DNA of 63,388 nucleotides, the filler included, from Globobulimina sp. (lineage: Eukaryota), in NCBI GenBank assembly GCA_003354225.1. It is 22 parts of 22 records of this genome, joined end to end, with 100 filler letters (N's around TTAATTAATTAA, not from the genome) between each part and the next. Parts side by side here need not be neighbours in the genome. Positions count along the whole stretch, not along the records: positions 57,721 to 60,504 come from PIVH01004905.1; positions 60,605 to 63,388 come from PIVH01004906.1; 20 more parts are not named here. One strand, written 5' to 3'. The notes beneath the pieces are model-generated. The model made no database searches. It saw only the letters and a list, made by a program, of their open reading frames with translations, and had not been told where the DNA came from. Positions 57,821 to 63,388 of this stretch are shown here, piece by piece; positions within the stretch are counted from its first letter, which is position 1; each line of letters starts with the position of its first letter. The translations under genes were made by a program, and so were the position numbers.

Positions 57821-60504
57821 ATGGTGATGGCGTTACAAGCAACATTCTTCGCAATAGTACTATCATTTTTTTCAATTCATCAATTAAAAGCACAACAAGG
57901 ATTAGGATGTGTTGTTAAGTAACTCCTAAACTCCATTGCTTTTCTTTTTGTACTCAAAAAACAACAAATTAAACCATATATATACACTGACACAAACAGT
58001 ATACAACATGTCAACAAATAGGGCAAGTTCGAATAAACGCAATCGTAGACCCATCTGGTAATTATTTAGGAGGATGTCACTGTGGCTGTGACCCAGCATT
58101 ATACGACCCGTTTTCTGCAAAATACTGTACGCCGCCCAATGTTGTTAGCTTTAACTACGCCACAAACACCGATTGTTCATGTTTATATCCAAATAATCCA
58201 ATAATACCCCAATACACGACACCAACAACAACCACCACAACCAAAGCACCAACAATGCGAACAATGCCAGATCCATACACCGCTAACACTGGATCATTAC
58301 CGTATGTTGTGTTGATATGTAACCTAAATCTAACAATACACCAAATATACACAGTTATTATACGAACCCACCACAATTATATATACCGCCACCAATCTCC
58401 ATATTACCCCCATTACCAACAAGCCCACCAACCAATCGACCCACTATTTATATCGCACCAACACCTCATCCAACCACTGCCACACCAACCAACCGACCGA
58501 CCACTGCAGCACCAACCAACCGGCCCACTATTTATATCGCACCAACCACAAAAACACCAACCAACCGACCAACAACAGCCGCACCAACGACAGCAGCACC
58601 AACAGTATATGTACCACCAAGACCTATTACTGCCGTATGTGACGGAGTGGGGCCATGTGGCTGTCCTATGAATCACGTGGGTGAATGTACCATACTCTGC
58701 CAAGGCGGCACCGGTTTTGCCTGTGGTGATGCGTTGATTGAGTGCAATAACAATGGATATCCATGTTTTGTGCAATGCAATGATGTGAATGCATGCGGGA
58801 GGGCCAGTATTATGGGTCCAGTTGATTCTGCATTAACTGTCAGTTGTGCTGGTGGTAATTCTTGTGGCTTTACACAGATTAATGGTGCAGCGGGGACTGA
58901 TGTGACCGTTACCTGTGATGGAGGAACATCGTGCAACACGGCGGTATTTAATATGGGCGCTGGAATGGGCAGAATCGAATGTAATGGAGATCCCGAGGCG
59001 TGCACTGACGCAGTATTTAATTTATTGCTTGGTTCCAGATATATGGCTGGCGCTGCATTTGCTTGTGTTGGCCCAGAATGTCCTTCTGCGGTGCCAGAGT
59101 CATTCAGGTGTGTACTGTTTGTATGCAAACCATACAAACCGAGCAAACTATTATAAAATATTCATATATCAGCAACATTTACGGGCTTTGTGCTGAAGCT
59201 GGTGTTGGTTGTTTGTGTTATCACGGTTTAAATCAACCATGCAAACTCACGTTACGTAGTATATTTATTTTGCGTTTTAGCCTCAAAAAAAGCATTATTC
59301 ACTCACAAATATAATGTTTTTGTACTTGTACACAGTTGCGATGGCTCAACAGATTCATGCAAGGATGCGATGATCGCATGTAATTCTGATGGATTTGACT
59401 GTGTCGTAGATTGTATAGCACCGAATTCGTGCTCCGGAGCATCGGTCATCATGGGTCCAGTCGGTGCAGCCTTGACTGTCAACTGCATTGGTCACAAATC
59501 GTGCGAAGGAGCGACAGTCATTGACGGTGGGTTTGGAACTGATTTAACTGTAAATTGTGGCGGCAGTGAATCTTGTAAAGGCAGTGTAGAATTTAATTTT
59601 GGTGCTGGTGTCGGCGCCGTTGCATGCAGTGGTTATCCTGATTCGTGTTTAGATGCAACATTTAATATCTTACCAAATGCCGCAAATTTCCCAGGAATGG
59701 CGTTTTCGTGCATTGGCAGCAATTGTCCGGTCGAGCCGCAGCCATTTAATAATGCACATTTCTCCCCTGTTATACCAGTACAACCCGTACAGCCAATACC
59801 TGTGCAACCTGTATATCCAAATCCAAATCCAATTCCTGTACAACCCGTATATCCAATTCCTGTACAACCTGTATATCCAACTCCAATGCCGACAATACAG
59901 ACCGTAGTGGCAGTACCGAGCAGTACCATTTGTGCTGATCGTGCCTGTTCGTGTGCTGGTGGCTCAAATGGAGCATGCTTGCTTACCTGTGATGGACAAG
60001 TGGATGCCTGTAAGGATGGTGTAATTGCCTGTAACTCGAACGGGTTCGATTGTGTCGTAGATTGTGTCGCAATGAATGCATGTTCGGGTGCATCAGTTAT
60101 TCGTGGGCCTGTGGGTGCAGCCTTGACTGTAAATTGTATTGGCCAGAAATCCTGTGAAGGAGCAACAATTATTGATGGCACATTAGGCACGGATTTAACT
60201 GTAAATTGTTATGGACGTGAATCTTGTAAAGGCAGTGTGGAATTTAATTTTGGCGTTGGTGTCGGTGCAGTTACATGCAGTGATTATCCTGATTCGTGTC
60301 AAGATGCAACATTTAATTTAAATTCGGCCGCAGCATTTTCGTGCAGTGGTAGTAATTGTCCTGCCCAGTTCAGGCAACCTCCACCAATGGCTCCAACACA
60401 GCCAATTCAGCCAATTCAACCGATTCAGCCAATTCAACCGATTCAGCCGTCACCAATACAAACGATTCAGCCGATTCAGCCAATTCAGTCAATCCAGCCG
60501 CCAC
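57821..60504 (+). CDS. Secreted multi-exon protein with Cys/Gly-rich repeats and Pro/Thr/Gln-rich linkers, 3' truncated
   Basis: Signal peptide MVMALQATFFAIVLSFFSIHQLKA; three ~140-aa C.G..SC modules; PTTAAPT, PIPVQPVY and (QPI)n repeats. Confidence 0.8.
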
Positions 60505-61068
60505 NNNNNNNNNNNNNNNNNNNNNNNNNNNNNNNNNNNNNNNNNNNNTTAATTAATTAANNNNNNNNNNNNNNNNNNNNNNNNNNNNNNNNNNNNNNNN
60601 NNNNAGAGTTATTGTAGAGCTAGCTGCTTTTATTGGAAGGGAAGGGAGGGGAGGGACAAAAAAGTTCTTTAAAAGTGTTGACGTTTTACAATGTTGTGCC
60701 ACAGAGTAAAATAAGGAATCCTATTGAGACAAACAATTCTAGATTGGTGATAAACGAGTGTTGTGCAGCCATGATTATTGTTAGTAAAAAAACTTTATTA
60801 ATTAACTTGTGATTTGAGATGACCGTTGATTATGAATTGCAGCTGCAATTCTATCACACCCAAAGCCAAATAATGATTTCCAGGGGTTTTTGGTAGCGTT
60901 TTTTTGGTAGTTCTTTGGCTACATTTTTCTGAATTACAAAAAAAACATAGCGCTTCTATTTTTTGGATATTTTCAGAGTGTTAAAATTATAGCGAAGAAT
61001 CTATAAAACTTTTTCACTTTTCTATAAAAGAATAATTATCTTTATCCATAAGATTAAACAATCTGGGT

Positions 61069-61533
61069 TCACCTAGTTTTATATATATTAACAAACATAA
61101 AAAAACATACTTTCTCTTTTTTTAATTTTTTCCATTTTTTTATTTCTTTTATAATCGATTGATATTCTTTTTTGTTATATGTTGTTATTATTCCTTGGTT
61201 GTTTAATTCGTCCAGTAGGAAATCACAATGACTTTCCAAAATATTAACTAATGACTCCTCGTAACAATAACCATCTAATCCATCCCATATAATAGGTACA
61301 ATACATATAATATCGCCATTTAATTCATATACAATACGTGGTAACCAAAAATATTTTATTGGATGGATATCTTGTTGCGAATACTGATCTAATTCATTTC
61401 TTGAGTTGAATGCAGCCGTGCCTTTGTAATAATGTCTGCCATAATGCAATATAGCGTCGAATAAATTATTATCTTCAATTTCTGCGATCCGGTGCAATGC
61501 CTTCTGTGCTCAGACTCTCTTAGTGTCATTCAT
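61069..61533 (-). pseudogene. Hypothetical ORF with an in-frame TGA at codon 8
   Basis: ATG at 61533 reads MNDTKRV*AQKALHRIAEIEDNN...; no other in-frame ATG until near the end. Confidence 0.35.
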
Positions 61534-62394
61534 GATGAAAATGTTAAAATTGAGAATGGACTGAGAATGAAAACTATTCTCAATTTGAAAATTGCCATTC
61601 ACAGTTAATTCTCAATGTGACACTGTGTGCGTCCCACAAATTGAAAATATCAAAAATGGTTAGAAAACTAAATTTAAACAATAAACAAAAAAAAAAATGC
61701 AAAAACACCCAATACAACATGTTTTATCAACGAATCAATTTCCAGATTTTCATCATTTTTTGAAAGAATTAACTGAATATAATTTGTTGTGTAATATAAT
61801 ATTGGATTTCTAGATTTTTTTAATTAAATTGTTAATGAAGTATTCAAATTTGTTAATAAAAAGGCAAATCGGTAGTAGTCATAAGTTGGGATTTAGATCA
61901 ATTGTGGTAATGATTAACATATCGTTAGAAAGCTAAAGGAAATCGGTTCGATTTACATGGTTGTATTTTAGTTTTTTGTGTATGTTTATTGCTATACAAA
62001 GCGAAATGTCGTTCATTTTTATTCATTATTTATGTTTCATTTTTTTTTTTTAATAATACATGCGACATAAACTCAAATGGGTATAATGATCCGAATATGA
62101 GTGCGATAGCGATGGCAAATATCTTATGATTGGTTTGTGAGTTGCATAAAAGGTTTGCCATGAATGATGATTCAGGAATGAGAATCTTACTTCAGTTGCG
62201 ACCAAGTATGAATTAGCAATTCTTTCTCTTTTCGTGATGATACTTCCTAATTTATTCTTTCACTTTTGGTAATTTTGGCAAATGGTTGTAATTTTTGTTG
62301 ACAAATTCAATAATTTTGCTATGTACATAATTCTCTCACATTTTGAACCAATAATTTTGAACCAACATTTTGATGAATAAATTGTTTTTTTTGT

Positions 62395-63388
62395 GTGATA
62401 TATTTTAACACAATAAAGAAATTTAATATTGAAATCAAAGATGTTTTTCACGATTTGGATGAATTAAATATGTTTTCGTATGAATATGAAGACGAAACAA
62501 TTGATTGTAATATAGAATTATTTAAAAATATGTTAAACAAAGCGAATCTGAACAAAATTGAAGATAACGAGAATATAATTAATGATAATGAGAGTATAAT
62601 GGATGTGGATGAAGATTATGATAACAACGTAGTGTATGAAATAAATAATAAATTAAAAATGCGATGTCTGACATACGGCATAGAAAATAAAATATATCAC
62701 AGTATTTTTGATAATGCGAGCATTGCGCAGAGAATTATTATGAACGCGCGCAGATCGGATAAATGTATGTCTTTTTTAAATAATATAATTGGAATTGATT
62801 GGCTGAGCGAAATGGAAATGAACAACCAAGATTGGAACATAATAATTAGGATATTATTTGGCATATCATTGACAGATAAAAGAAAGAAAATTAGTTGCAA
62901 TCAATGCCACGAACAAGTACACGAAGAAAATGTATTGGAGCACGCGAATAAATGTAGATTTGGGTCGAAAGCACATCATTATAGACATGATAGCATTGCA
63001 TATTATTTATATAAATTATTTGATACAGAATTTGGTGACGCATCATATGAAATTAAATCGAGAAAAAGCGGACAAAGTAACGAGAAACCGGACATTTGGA
63101 TAAATAATAGTATAGAATATGAAAAAAATAAGATTAGTAAACTGTTATTGGACGTCGTGGTATCGGATATATTTAGTAATGAAAATAAAAGGAACATTGA
63201 GAATGAAAATATTGGATCGTCCGGATCGACATTTTATGGCAGGAAAAATTGGTGAAAGAAATAAATTGACAAATTATGACAACAAATTTGAATCGGATTT
63301 ATTAAATGGTTATAAATTTATACCATTGGCATTTGAAAGCTTTGGAGGAATTAGTAAGAAAGTTAAGAAATTAATTAATTCAGCATTA
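62395..63388 (+). mobile_element. Degenerate RLE-type (CRE/R2-like) non-LTR retrotransposon, 3' region
   Basis: Zn knuckle CNQC...EHANKC, RHD, E, KPDI, LLLDVVV; after a frameshift near 63240, YKFIPLAFESFGGI. Confidence 0.8.

Overview
This window is not one locus. It is 22 unrelated contigs of 2,784-2,788 bp, sorted by length and joined by an artificial 100-bp spacer (44 N, TTAATTAATTAA, 44 N). Most contigs are gene-dense, AT-rich eukaryotic nuclear DNA with short GT-AG introns (mostly 44-75 nt, donors often GTTT/GTAT). Gene content and style resemble a rhizarian protist, most plausibly a foraminiferan (inference). Recognisable genes include AlaRS, Rab7, PEX5, an RNF213-like AAA protein, Serinc, a DOMON copper monooxygenase, MAPK/CaMK/PIM-like kinases, and SPRY, RCC1 and PB1-ZZ proteins. 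Mobile-element remnants include a tyrosine recombinase, an RLE non-LTR element and a DUF3987-like ATPase. Best leads: (1) an intron-split cytochrome b5-hemerythrin fusion with both heme ligands and all seven di-iron ligands; (2) a 102-aa GIY-YIG nuclease with a signal peptide; (3) an apparently circular contig with an array of GC-stem hairpins with 9-nt TATTA loops joined to a kinase fragment; (4) a recurring 'GY.R...IP..I..L..KFY' box attached to different substrate-binding domains; (5) a GH31 gene lacking its whole catalytic barrel. Several contigs show chimera-like junctions, so adjacency should be treated cautiously. All domain calls come from motif recognition by eye, without database searches.
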